From Eledone cirrhosa (Eukaryota): 64,000 nt of DNA. Position 1 is the first letter of the stretch. Each line of letters begins with the position of its first letter. Made by a program: the position numbers and the translations under genes. A model generated the notes under the pieces. That model saw only the letters and a list, made by a program, of their open reading frames with translations. It was not told the origin of the DNA and did not search any database. Positions 10,216 through 22,671 of this stretch are shown in pieces. The DNA lies in assembly GCA_964016885.1 (NCBI GenBank), contig OZ024741.1, positions 68,138,001-68,202,000 of the forward strand, read 5' to 3'.

Positions 10216-12166
10216 ATGGATGACTCAGATTCACTCCTTCCTCACAATCCAACACCTCACACCGACACCACCATTGTAAACATTGCTACGTTTGCCAACA
10301 CTGGAATTGTAAGCAGTAGCAATATTTTAAATTTGTCTCAGGCAGACGTTCATTTCCCGCCATTACCAATGACTGCAGGTGTTAAAGCCACCACTACCAC
10401 CACCACCACAGCGACAACAGAAACAAAAGAAAAAAAATAAATTAACTCATGATATCGAAATGAATTCATCCAAAATGAACTCTTCCACACCGAACACCAC
10501 TGACGCCACCACCACCACAACTGAAACTAAAATTAGCAATAGCAAAAATAACGATATTAACAACAGCAACAATGAAATTAAGAAAACTACCCTGAGTTTT
10601 GCCAGAGTAGCAAAAACGTGCGAAGCGATCCAGGTAACTCAGGAAGAATTAGACGAAGCCAAAGGAATGGTAAAGAAAGATGGGTACAGGGTCAGCCTCA
10701 CCCCCCCCCCCTAATAGAATGGAGCAACGTCGCCTATGCACAGTGTCTTATCGGACAATAAACATAAAATCGCGCCGAGTGGAACGGGCATCTGAGTCCC
10801 AAATCCAAAAAGCTTTGGGACATGTGTGGGCAAAAAAACCCCACATCAGACGTGGGCAGAAGTATGGAACCGTGGACGTGTGCTTTGAAACACCACAGGA
10901 GGCCAGAGAACACTCAATGGCCCTATTAAGAAGTGACGACTTCACACTCATCCCAAGCTATTGTGGCCAGATACTTGTGAAGATCAGGGTGACCCACGTT
11001 CCACCGGCCATCGAAATTCCCTGGCTAATGGCTGCCGTCCTCGCCGGCATCGAGGCCAACACCAAAATAATAGAAATAGCAAAAGAAAAGCAGGAGAACT
11101 GGTCCGGATCTGGGATGGAGCTCCTGATCCAAGTGAACCATAAAAGCATTGAGGAGATCCCAGAGGTAATAGACCTCACTGACGGCAGCCACCTCACCGT
11201 AATCGTCGAGGGCAGAAGACCTAGGTGTGTCGTTTGTGGTGAAGGAACCTACCTAAGGGTTTTCTGCCCTCAGGCTAAAAGGTTGAGGCCACCTCTCTTA
11301 CCCACCCCAGTGACTCAACCATCAACACCACCAACAGCAGAAATAGCAGCAAAAACTGTAGCAGCAACAACAGAAGCAACTGTAACAGCAACAACCCCAG
11401 CAACAGTAGCAAAACCAACACCACTACCTCCACCAGCAAAACCAACACCACCACCACCCAACGCTTCAGAACTAGCACCAGCGCCTACACCATCCACCAC
11501 ACCACAACCAAAACTAACGGCTGTGGAGGATTTTCCACTCCCCGGCCTATCACAACTGGAGACAGATTGTGACGACGAGGAGTGGGAAACGATATCCGGA
11601 AAAAAAAAAGAAACCAAAAAAGAAAAAATTCTCTTCCTTCCCCCTCCAAAAACAAAATACAGAGGGAAACAAATAAATTATCGAACAAGAAAGTTAAGAC
11701 AGATATGCCACCATCCACACCAGCATCACCAACCCCATGACCACAAACACCAACACCATCACCATCATTAACCCCAACACCACCATCACCAACACCACAA
11801 AAGTCACCAAAAAGCGTAACAGAAACAAACCCACAACAAACGCAAACAAAACAAAACAACCAAAACGATACACACTACACAGCATTAAATTTGAACAACA
11901 ACCAATTATCACACTACATGCAACACAACACCAGCATCACAGAAACAGACTACACAACAACCCAAAAGTTCACACCGCCTCCACACATACAAATCACTCG
12001 CATCACACAGAAAACGTACACGACACTAAAACAAAAATTCCCCAAAGACATCGGAGACTTCCGACAAACACTCTCCAGGAGGATTTATAAGGACATCCTT
12101 CCGGAGGAGGCCACAAGCAGTGAAAAGGATGAACAAACCATCCTTCCTCTACGAGAAGTAAGGTAA
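10216..12166 (+). pseudogene. ORF1 of Tx1 copy D, frameshifted mainly at homopolymer runs
   Basis: Track ORFs 10216, 10379, 10680 and 11891 join into one ORF1-like protein. Breaks fall at A/C runs (about 10435, 10705 and 11605). Degenerate knuckle CVVCGEGTYLRVFC. Confidence 0.8.
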
Positions 12167-12200
12167 GTGGTCTTTCCCATCTTTTCCACTCCATTTCAAC

Positions 12201-15200
12201 ATGACCTCACTCAGAATAGGCAGCATAAATGCGCGTGGCTTGGGGTCGTCATGGAAGCAGGGCCACCTGCTCAACGACCTTAGGTCACTAAACATAGATG
12301 TAGTGGCCATCAGCGAGACCAGAATCTCCGAAGCACGGGCCTTCGCACCGATCTTCGGCGGCTACGATGTGTACGCATCTCCCAGCCGTCCTGGATCGGG
12401 GGGAGGGGTTGCTGTGCTTTTTCGGAGAGGTTTGGATCTCGCCATACGGGCCATCTTCCTGGACCCAGAAGGTAAGTTGGTGGTGCTAAACGTGACCAGC
12501 GGAGACGGGCAAGCTTTCAGGCTAGTGGCCGTCTATGCCCCGACAGGAGCAGGGCGGCCTGATTTCTTCCGGCGTCTGGAGACCTTTCTTGGAACGTCCC
12601 GCACTTTAGTGTTAGTGGGCGACTGGAACGGTATCTTAGATGCACGCTGAGACTATGTAGAATTAGCGGATAGGGGAGGAGGGTGCAAGAGTCTCACCAA
12701 CCTGCTCAGGCGTTTTGAACTGTCTGACAGGTACCGACTGGATTTCCCGAATGTGCCAATGTGGACTTGGACAAATCGCATAGGGTCATCCAGATCATAT
12801 CTAGATAGAGTATTTTGTAAAGAAATAGATAGGTCTAGCATAGGCTGTCCACAATTCAAGATAGTCAACTACACGGACCACAAATTCGTGATCTGTGTAC
12901 TTGACTTAGATAGGCTTCATAGATGAGGACCCGGCTACTGGAAGCTAAACGCGTCCTTACCAGCGCGCAAGGCCTACAGAGACCGGATTAGCGAACTAGT
13001 TAAGCGGGCGTTGACGGGGGCCATCGTCAACAACAAGTGGTAGTTTGCTCTGAAAAGAGCAATTAGAATAGAGTCCATTAGGTTTAGTAGCAATAGAGAA
13101 AAATAGAGCAAAGGGAGAATTAGTTAGAAAATTAGACGAGGCGCTTAGCAAAGGCATCGCGACCGACGTACTTGCGGCGAAATTGGCCCTTGACCAATTC
13201 TTCAATGCAAAGCACGAAGGCTGCGTTGTCAGAGCTAGGGTGCGTGCTCTCAGACACGAGGGGACGAAAGCCGTTCAATGGGCCCGAGTGGCGGAGGCGC
13301 ATCGTGGCAACAAAGCCACGATCCGGTCTTTGGTGGACCACGACGGGCGCATGCTACTCGATCCCGGGCAAATGTGTAAAGCTTTTCAGCGACACTTCCC
13401 TCGATTGTTCGGGGGTAGCGGCGGGCCGGATCGAGGGATGGACTTTAGTGTCTACCTCGACGGACTGCGGTGGCTCTCGGCCACTGAGGCGGAGTGTTGC
13501 GAAAAGCCGATAACAGCCGCTGAAGTACGGTAGGCAATGACTAGCTGCACAAGGGGTAAATCGCCTGGTTTGGATGGTCTGCCCTATTAACTTTACGTAC
13601 AGATGCCAGACTTGTTCGGGGGCCTCTTGGCGGACGTCTACTGCAACTGGCAACAGAACGGGAGATTTTCCCAGCTCTGTGAGCCGAGGAGCTGTGGCGC
13701 TGCTGAGAAAGGATCCGAACAAGGGGGATAACATAGATAATTTTAGGCCCATAACTCTGCTAAACACAGAGTTCAAGATTTTGGCCAAGGTGCTAGCAAA
13801 GATGTTGGCGCTTGTCGTTGGTGGTCTGGTGGGAGAGGCACACACATGCGCCATTCCCGACAGATCCATCCACGACAACCTCCACCTCATGCGATACATC
13901 GTAGAGAGGGTATCTATGGAGCCTGGCACGGGTGGGTCCTTGTTAAATTTAGATCAGTCGAAAGCTTTCGATAGTGTGGACCATCGTTACCTAGCGGCTG
14001 TCCTGGGGGCAGCTGGGTTTGGGCCCGTCTTCAGAGGCTGGATCGCTGCCATGCACAGCGACATCTGCTCTGTGGTGAGAGTGAACGGTCACCTTTCGGA
14101 ACCGTTCAACATCATCTGCTCGGTCCGCCAAGGATGTCCCCTCTCGTCCCTCTTGTACGTATTGACTCTCGAGCCATTACTGCACAAACTGGAGACGTTG
14201 AGGGGCGTCCCGCGCGAACTCGAATGCGGAAGATCCGTGTCAGCATATATCGGACGATGTCACCGTAGTGGTGTCGAACACCAAACACATCGAGGCGATC
14301 GGCACTACACTAAGAGAATACGAAGCGGTGACAGGAGCAATGATCAAGTAGGAAAAGTCAGTGGGCCTGCAGCTCGGCACCTGGAGAGGCAGGTCCATGC
14401 CGTCCAACAGCGTCGTCGGGCGCTGGACGGACGGACCAGTTAAATTGCTCGGGGTCTGGTTCGGTCCGGAACTCTAGACGGACAAAAACTGGGACGAGGT
14501 GACGAGCAGGGTGGCTTCTCTCACCCAGAAATGGGCCGAGAGGAAGCTATCCCTGAAAGGTCGAGCGGAGATGGCTAACGCGTATATCGTGTCCGTCATC
14601 TACTACCGCCTGACCGTCGTACCTTGTCCTAAGCTCCGCCTGACTGCGCTGGAGCGTTTGCTCTTTCGCTTTTTGTGGAAGGGACGCGCTCCGATGGTCA
14701 GGCGGTCCATCTGCTGTTAACACCCGCTATGTGGAGGGCTGGGAATGCCGTGGCTGATGATGCGCAGACACGAGCTCAGGCTACGACATCTCCACCTCTT
14801 CCTCGACGGTGACCAGGTGTGGTCTCCGTTTGCTAGACACGTCTTTCCCCAGCTCGTCTCCTTGACGGAGCTGCAGTCCTGGGTCAAGTGAAGACCGAGA
14901 GGGAGCGCTTGGAGACTGGAATGTCTTCAGGCGCTCACAGCCCTCGACAAATCGGGCAATGTGATCGGTGGAAACTCCACCTTGGCGTTCTATAGGGGAT
15001 TAGTGGAGGGGAAGAGCGACGACGTACTTGGGGAAACTCTAGGCGTCAACGAAAATCAACTAGCCAATCTCTTCGGAAGAACTTTCGGGCCGGGGCCTAT
15101 GGACAACTTCCAGAAATCCCTGGCCTGGCAGTGCTACCGAGGAGCTTTGCCAGTTCGGGATAAACTCTACAGGTATGGAGGTGCCGTCAGCCGGGCATGT

Positions 15201-15580
15201 CCGACGAAACTGTCCTTCACGCACTCGTCCAGTGTCCGAGCATTGCTGACTTGTGGGTTTATGTCGAACACCTGCTGTCACGTGTAGGACGGATCCAGCT
15301 ATCAGCTGAGTCCATCGTGAGGATTGCCCCGCCCTCTTCCTTTAGCCGGGAAGGGCAGGCAGTTTTTATCTGTCTGGTGGCCATGGCGAAAGAGATAGTA
15401 TGGTGGACACGTTTGAAAGGGCTGAAGACGAGCACTCACCTCTTCGGTGATGCCCTGATTAACTTTTTCAAATTTCATTTGAAAAGGAAAATCAGGGTAG
15501 AGAGGGAAGTGCTCTCTTCCCAGCATTTTGTTGAAAGATGGGTGAGAGAAGCAAGTATGGCCCGAATGAAGTATCTCTGA
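12201..15580 (+). pseudogene. ORF2 of Tx1 copy D (APE endonuclease, reverse transcriptase, C-terminal Cys domain) with several stops and frameshifts
   Basis: SINARGL/GDWN endonuclease motifs; KSPGLDGLP, NFRPITLLN, DQSKAFD, VRQGCPLS; C-terminal ETVLHALVQC. In-frame stops occur at 12648, 13531 and 14718, among others. Confidence 0.9.
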
Positions 15581-15836
15581 GTATGTGTCTGTAAATTAAA
15601 GGTGGAAAACTGGGAGAGGGCACTTGCCCTGGTGGTCAGGGTCACTGTGGTCTTTTAATGGGCTTTCTCCACAAATATCCCTCGGAAGTCTCCCCCCTAT
15701 TGGGGAATTTTTCTTTATTATTTTATTACATCCTCTGTTTTTTTACACGCAGAAATGCCCATTTGTACCGTCCTGTATTGTCCTGTACTGTCCTTAATGT
15801 CTACTTTATGTAAACCCTTGTGGTTAATAAAGAAAA

Positions 15837-15837
<1 letters not shown>

Positions 15838-15880
<43 letters not shown>
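15838..15880 (+). repeat. (ATT)n tract at the 3' end of Tx1 copy D
   Basis: Read directly. Confidence 0.97.
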
Positions 15881-15883
<3 letters not shown>

Positions 15884-15891
15884 TGAGAGAG

Positions 15892-16110
15892 GGCGGTGGA
15901 TTGGCATTATCGGTAGAGAGTCGGACACCATGCTTTGCAGCATAGAGCCACGTCCCTTTATGGTCTGAGTTCAAATCCTGCGGAAGTTAACTTTGCCTTT
16001 CATCCTTACGGGGTCGATAAAATAAAGCACCAGTAACGTTATGGGGTCGATTTAATCTACTTTCCTCTTCCCCCAAATTACTGGCCTTGTGCCTATAGTA
16101 GAAATCATTA
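15892..16110 (+). mobile_element. tRNA-derived SINE with Meta-like central domain
   Basis: A-box-like TGGCATTATCGG, B-box GAGTTCAAATCC, and core TTTGCCTTTCATCCTTACGGGGTCGATAAAATAAAG. About nine homologous copies in the window. Confidence 0.8.
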
Positions 16111-16406
16111 TATATATTGAGAGAGCGAGAGAAGTTCAATTTAAAAAAGACAGCTAAGTATGTACAGAGAGAGGGAGAGGGGTGACGCTTGCATCCGGAT
16201 ATATGAATTTATGAATTTATGAATTTATGAATTTATGAATTTATATACGCATATATCTGTCAAAACCTAAAAACAAGTGATGTATATATATGAATCTAAA
16301 TATACACGTCTATATCTGTTAGAGTGTGAAATAGAAAGGTAAACTAATGGAATGAAAAAGGGAGAGGGTAAAGAGAGAGAGAGAGAGAGAAAGAGAGAGG
16401 GGAGAA

Positions 16407-16447
<41 letters not shown>

Positions 16448-16575
16448 GAGCAAATGAGTAGGAGAACCTTAGAGTTGAAGAAAGGGAGTAAAGAATCCGG
16501 ATCTTCGTGCCAAATTATGTTAAGATTTGTCGAGCTTTGTCCACGATTTTCAAACAAGACAGACGTTAGAGAGAT

Positions 16576-17530
16576 GCTGTTGCTTCAATATATATAAAGA
16601 TTTCTGCTATATGTTGTTGCTTCAATATATATAAGGATTTCTGCTATATGTTGTTGCTTCAATATATATAAGGATTTCTGCTGTATGTTGTTGCTTCAAT
16701 ATATATAAGGATTTCTGCTGTATGTTGTTGCTTCAATATATATAAGGATTTCTGCTATATGTTGTTGCTTCAATATATATAAGGATTTCTACTATATGTT
16801 GTTGCTTCAATATATATAAGGATTTATACTATATGTTGTTGCTTCAATATATATAAGGATTTCTACTATATGTTGTTGCTTCAATATATATAAGGATTTC
16901 TGCTGTATGTTGTTGCTTCAATATATATAAGGATTTCTGCTATATGTTGTTGCTTCAATATATATAAGGATTTCTACTATATGTTGTTGCTTCAATATAT
17001 ATAAGGATTTCTGCTGTATGTTGTTGCTTCAATATATATAAGGATTTCTGCTGTATGTTGTTTCTTCAATATATATAAGGATTTCTGCTGTATGTTGTTT
17101 CTTCAATATATATAAGGATTTCTGCTATATGTTGTTGCTTCAATATATATAATGATTTCTGCTATATGTTGTTGCTTCAATATATATAATGATTTCTACT
17201 ATATGTTGTTTCTTCAATATATATAATGATTTCTACTATATGTTGTTGCTTCAATATATATAAGGATTTCTACTATATGTTGTTTCTTCAATATATATAA
17301 TGATTTCTACTATATGTTGTTGCTTCAATATATATAAGGATTTCTACTATATGTTGTTTCTTCAATATATATAATGATTTCTACTATATGTTGTTGCTTC
17401 AATATATATAAGGATTTCTACTATATATTGTTGCTTGATTTCTACTATATGTTGTTGCTTCAACATATATAATAATTTCTACTATAAAATAGTAAGGATT
17501 TCTACAATATGTTTTTGCTTCAATATATAT
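16576..17530 (+). repeat. 37-bp minisatellite, about 25 copies
   Basis: Unit AATATATATAAGGATTTCTGCTATATGTTGTTGCTTC; 37-bp period checked at 16621/16658. Confidence 0.95.
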
Positions 17531-17619
17531 TATACGATCGATTAGTTAATAATATATTCTTGCAACTAAATAGCAAAATTGGTTATTAAAAACCTAGTGA
17601 TTTCGATATTTGTTCTGGC

Positions 17620-17770
17620 TATTTAGATTCAAATCCCGTCGAGGTCAACTTTGCCTTTCATCCTTCCGGGGCCGGTAAAATAAAGTATCAGGCAAGTACT
17701 GGAATTAATTAAAACAGTTTGACCTTTCTCCCAAATTTTCTGACCTTGTCGCTTAATTAGAAATCAGTAA
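17620..17770 (+). mobile_element. Same SINE family, 5'-truncated
   Basis: TTCAAATCCCGTCGAGGTCAACTTTGCCTTTCATCCTTCCGGGG core. Confidence 0.72.
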
Positions 17771-17805
17771 TTTACGCTATAAATGACTACAAATTTGTAG
17801 AAAAA

Positions 17806-17999
17806 TATAATTGTTTCTTCCTTTGGCACAAGGTCAGCAATTACCCCCAGAGCATTACTGGTGCTTTATTTTTTCGACCCTGTAAGAATGAAAGGCAAAG
17901 CTAACTTCGGCGGGATTTGAACTCAGAAAGTAAAAGTCCATAACTCTCCGCCGCAAAGCATGGCGTCCAACCCTCTACTAATACTGCCAATCCACCGCC
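17806..17999 (-). mobile_element. Same SINE family
   Basis: Reverse complement of the SINE head, B-box and core. Confidence 0.78.
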
Positions 18000-18004
18000 T
18001 TAGG

Positions 18005-18190
18005 TAATGTTTGTACTTTTGGCACAAGGCCAGCAATTACCCCAGTGCATTACTAGTACTTTATTTTATCGTCTCCGTAAGGATGAAAGGCAAAGCTAAC
18101 CTCGGCGGGAATTGAACTCATAACGTAAAGGGCCATAACTCTATGCTACAAAGCACGTTGTTCGACGCTCAACCGATACAGCCAATCTAT
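18005..18190 (-). mobile_element. Same SINE family, tandem neighbour
   Basis: Reverse complement of the SINE, adjacent to the previous copy. Confidence 0.75.
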
Positions 18191-18699
18191 ATAATGTAGT
18201 TACGAAAGACAATTAGCTATAAAACCAGTTATTAACATCAAACGACGTGTTTGACGTGGTTAGCTCACTCAAGCTAACAATATTCATCTTAGTCTATATA
18301 TGAGATAAGTACAAGCACGAGAACTAGATACTATGAAATATCAAAGATTTTGATGTACGTACACGTACATCCTAATTACTGACACAATTGCAATCTTTCA
18401 GATTAGTTCTTAGTTCATTTTTCTTATATTTTGTTAAAGACTTATTATGTACTATAAAGAAACAAAAGATATTGTCATATGTATATGACATTGTTACTAA
18501 CAAAATTCCACTGTTCCAGATGTTTAGAGTAATGTTAGTGACTAAGTGAAGATGCGTAACTTAGTGGTTAAACTGAACGACTCGCGATCAGTCTAGCGGT
18601 TGTAAGAACCATTGAGCAAGACATTTTGAGCAAGACGTTGTTTAAGTCTATTCAGTTGCAAAAATAAAAGGATTACCAACAGCAGCTGGATGTGTCCCG

Positions 18700-18732
<33 letters not shown>

Positions 18733-19188
18733 CTGTGTCTGTGTATGTGTGTCTACAGGAATCCCACAAATCATGGTAGTGCTCGATGCATTATGAGATG
18801 CAGAGTAGATATAATGAATGAAAATAATATTTCTGAAACTCAAGTTTCAACCGTTGGACTCGCCTTAGGGATTCTACTACCGCTTCACTATATATTTATA
18901 TATTTATGTGTGTGTGTGTCTGTGTGTGTGTGTGTATGTATGTATGTGTATGTATGTGTATGTATGTGTGTATATATATATGTGTGTGTGTGTGTGTGTA
19001 TGTGTGTGTGTGTTGGTATACGAGTATATTGCCCATTATAAATGACGAATAATTTCCTTGATTACAACATTCTAGTAAAGATAGTTGAATCTTTGTTTTT
19101 CCTTAACCTTTTCTCTCTTGTCACTCCAACCATTGCCGTATTTCATTTTACATTTATTTAAATCAATTACAATAATTACATTTTTTAA

Positions 19189-19372
19189 CCGGCAGTATCG
19201 GTAGAGCGTCGAACAACATGCTTTGCATCATAGAGTGATGGCCCTTTGCGTTCTGAGTTCAATTCCCGTCGAGGTTAACTTTGCCTTTCATCCTAACAAG
19301 GTCGATAAAATAAAGTACCGGTAGTGTACTGGAGTAATTGCTGGACTTGTGTCAAAAGTAGAAACAATTATT
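19189..19372 (+). mobile_element. Same SINE family
   Basis: GGCAGTATCGGTAGAG...GAGTTCAATTCC...core...AGAAACAATTATT. Confidence 0.78.
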
Positions 19373-19682
19373 AAGCATATATCCACTATCTATCTATCTA
19401 CATATTTATTTATCTATCTGTCTATCTATCTATCTATCTCTTCGAAGAGACCGCAATGTCAAGCGACAAACATTATATGTGTTGCAATCGTGAAGTTGTG
19501 AGTTCGATACCCGGACCGGGCGACGAGTTATGTCCTTGAGCAAGACATTTTATTTTACGTTGCTCCTTCTTCCTGGATTTGCGACCGGTAGATAGTATTA
19601 GCAATTGGAAAGACCAATGGAAACATTGTTTCCTCGGTTCTATTTGACGAGCTCCACCCCACTCGTTAAGCGACGATATATA

Positions 19683-19759
<77 letters not shown>

Positions 19760-20601
19760 GTGAATGATAATCAGTGTGTTTAAATTAAATAAACATACAC
19801 AAATCTCTCTGTAATACCCTTACAGGGATGCCGAGGTAGATGTAATATGATCACACTTTAAAACACCTACAGTGTAAGTTTGTTATACATAAATATATTT
19901 TGTATAGATTTATATACGCTACTGGTGATAACTACAAACATGTAAAACCTCCTTGTAACATAAAAACATAAGAAATAAATTGAAGTGATTTTCAAACCTT
20001 TTTCGCTTATCAGCAGATATGTATGTCGTCAAAATTACGACTAAGAACAAATTTGCATATTATAAGCGCTCGGGTGAAGGTTTGAAAATCAATTGAAGGT
20101 ATTTATCATTATTTTTTTTTTTTTTTTCCAGTTTATAGGGAAATGCGTATAGGTGTCATATTTACATGTCTAAATATTCAATGTGTAAATTTATATATAT
20201 ATTTATGTCCTATCGGTTACTTTTACACTGCATATATACAAATAATAATTTTGCATATACTTCGAGGGCTTAGCGTGCAAATTCAAATATAACTTAAAAT
20301 TAAATCCCTGCATAACCACTAATAATATGAAAAATAGTACGTCTATTTCAGTATTACTATTACTACAAGTTATAGATTATATAAGCCCCTTAGATACTTA
20401 TTTCCTTGTGTTTTTTGGGGCGGTATACATATATACTTTCTGAAGAGAAAAAGGTGTGAAAATCGCTTCAATGTACACTTATAAATATCCAAATACATAA
20501 TGAGTAAATATATATACTCGTTAATGCAATCTCAGTACCCTCTATAGTGTAAATATACAGATATGAATGCATCGTATACTTCGGGTGTTTTGCGCACAAC
20601 A

Positions 20602-20931
<330 letters not shown>

Positions 20932-21154
20932 CACACATACACTGCATATATATATATACATATATATATAAATTAATAAAAACAATGAATAAAAAGAAAG
21001 AAACAGTTCCTTATATCAAAAAGTTCATCATTTTACGATCGTTTCTAGGATATATATGTGTGTGTTGGTATGTATACCATATAGATCTAACTATCAGAGG
21101 GAATATAGATACCTACACATATATATGCTGTCTTCAGAAATATATATATATACA

Positions 21155-21201
<47 letters not shown>

Positions 21202-21250
21202 CACACACACACACACTACATATATATATATATTTATATATATTCAGTAC

Positions 21251-21307
<57 letters not shown>

Positions 21308-21312
<5 letters not shown>

Positions 21313-22567
21313 GGAATAGAATAGAATGAAACGAAATTTAATTGCTCACTCTTAGTACGGCACTTACTCGATATGCAAATTAGGCTGCTCAGCCGTTACT
21401 TTTCATAAGGAAAGTATATACTTTCGAACGTTCAACCATCTGGCAGAAGGGTATACGGTGCTGACGATAGCTAACTAGTACATCGTTGAAACTAGTACAT
21501 CGTTCCTGTGTCAGTGTTGAACAAAAAGGTGACGTGGTTGCCTTAACACCGTACGGCATAAATCAGGCTGTCCCTTTGTTTACAAACGAACAAAGCGAAC
21601 ATTATAATAAATGTTCGCTAAACTGATACGTACATGTATATATATGTGTGCCTGTATGTATATATATATATATGCATGCTACTGTACGTCTGTATACATA
21701 TATGTATGTACGTATACATACATACTTACATTTAAGTAAGTGCCGTACTAAGAGTTAGAAATGAAATTTCGTTTCATTCTATTCTATTCCATTTATCGTT
21801 TTCGGTGCGCCTGGCCGACTGAACTCACTCGATATGCAAATTAGGCTGCTCAGCCGTTAATTTTCATAAGGAAAGTATATACTTTCGAACGTTCAACCAT
21901 CTGGCAGAAGGGTATACGGTGCTGACAATAGCTAACAAGCTTGAAACTAGTACATCGTTCCTGTGTCAGTGTTGAACAAAAAGGTGACGTGGTTGCCTTA
22001 ACACCGTACGGCATAAATCGGGCTGTCCGTTTGTTTACAAACGAACAAAGCGAACATTATAATAAATGTTCGCTAAACTGATACGTACATGTATATATAT
22101 GTGTGCCTGTATGTATATATATATATATGCATGCTACTGTACGTCTGTATACATATATGTATGTACGTATACATACATACTTACATTTAAGTAAGTGCCG
22201 TACTAAGAGTTAGAAATGAAATTTCGTTTCATTCTATTCTATTCCATTTATCGTTTTCGGTGCGCCTGGCCGACTGAACTCACTCGATATGCAAATTAGG
22301 CTGCTCAGCCGTTAATTTTCATAAGGAAAGTATATACTTTCGAACGTTCAACCATCTGGCAGAAGGGTATACGGTGCTGACGATAGCTAACAAGCTTGAA
22401 ACTAGTACATCGTTCCTGTGTCAGTGTTGAACAAAAAGGTGACGTGGTTGCCTTAACACCGTACGGCATAAATCAGGCTGTCCGTTTGTTTACAAACGAC
22501 AAAGCGAACATTATAATAAATGTTCGCTAAACTGATACGTACATATATATATGTGTGCCTGTATGTG

Positions 22568-22623
<56 letters not shown>

Positions 22624-22671
22624 TGCTACTGTACGTCTGTATACATATATGTATGTACGTATACATACATA

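Larger units (their letters stand above)
9998..15837 (+). mobile_element. Tx1/L1-clade copy D: full-length (~5.8 kb) but decayed, flanked by (ATT)n at both ends
   Basis: 5' UTR, ORF1 (10216-12166), 34-nt spacer, ORF2 (12201-15580), and a 3' UTR with AATAAA. (ATT)n lies at 9980-9997 and 15838-15880. Confidence 0.92.

Noticed and set aside
12648-14891. In-frame TGA codons in Tx1 ORF2 as selenocysteine or programmed readthrough
   Set aside because: TAG, TAA and frameshifts occur as well, and copy B has sense codons at the equivalent positions it retains; this is ordinary decay.
15892-15990. tRNA gene
   Set aside because: A and B boxes are present but there is no cloverleaf; it is the head of a multi-copy SINE.
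16576-17530. CRISPR-like array (37-bp repeats; also 36192-36526 and 57840-58170)
   Set aside because: The units are head-to-tail with no unique spacers and no cas genes, in a eukaryotic context.
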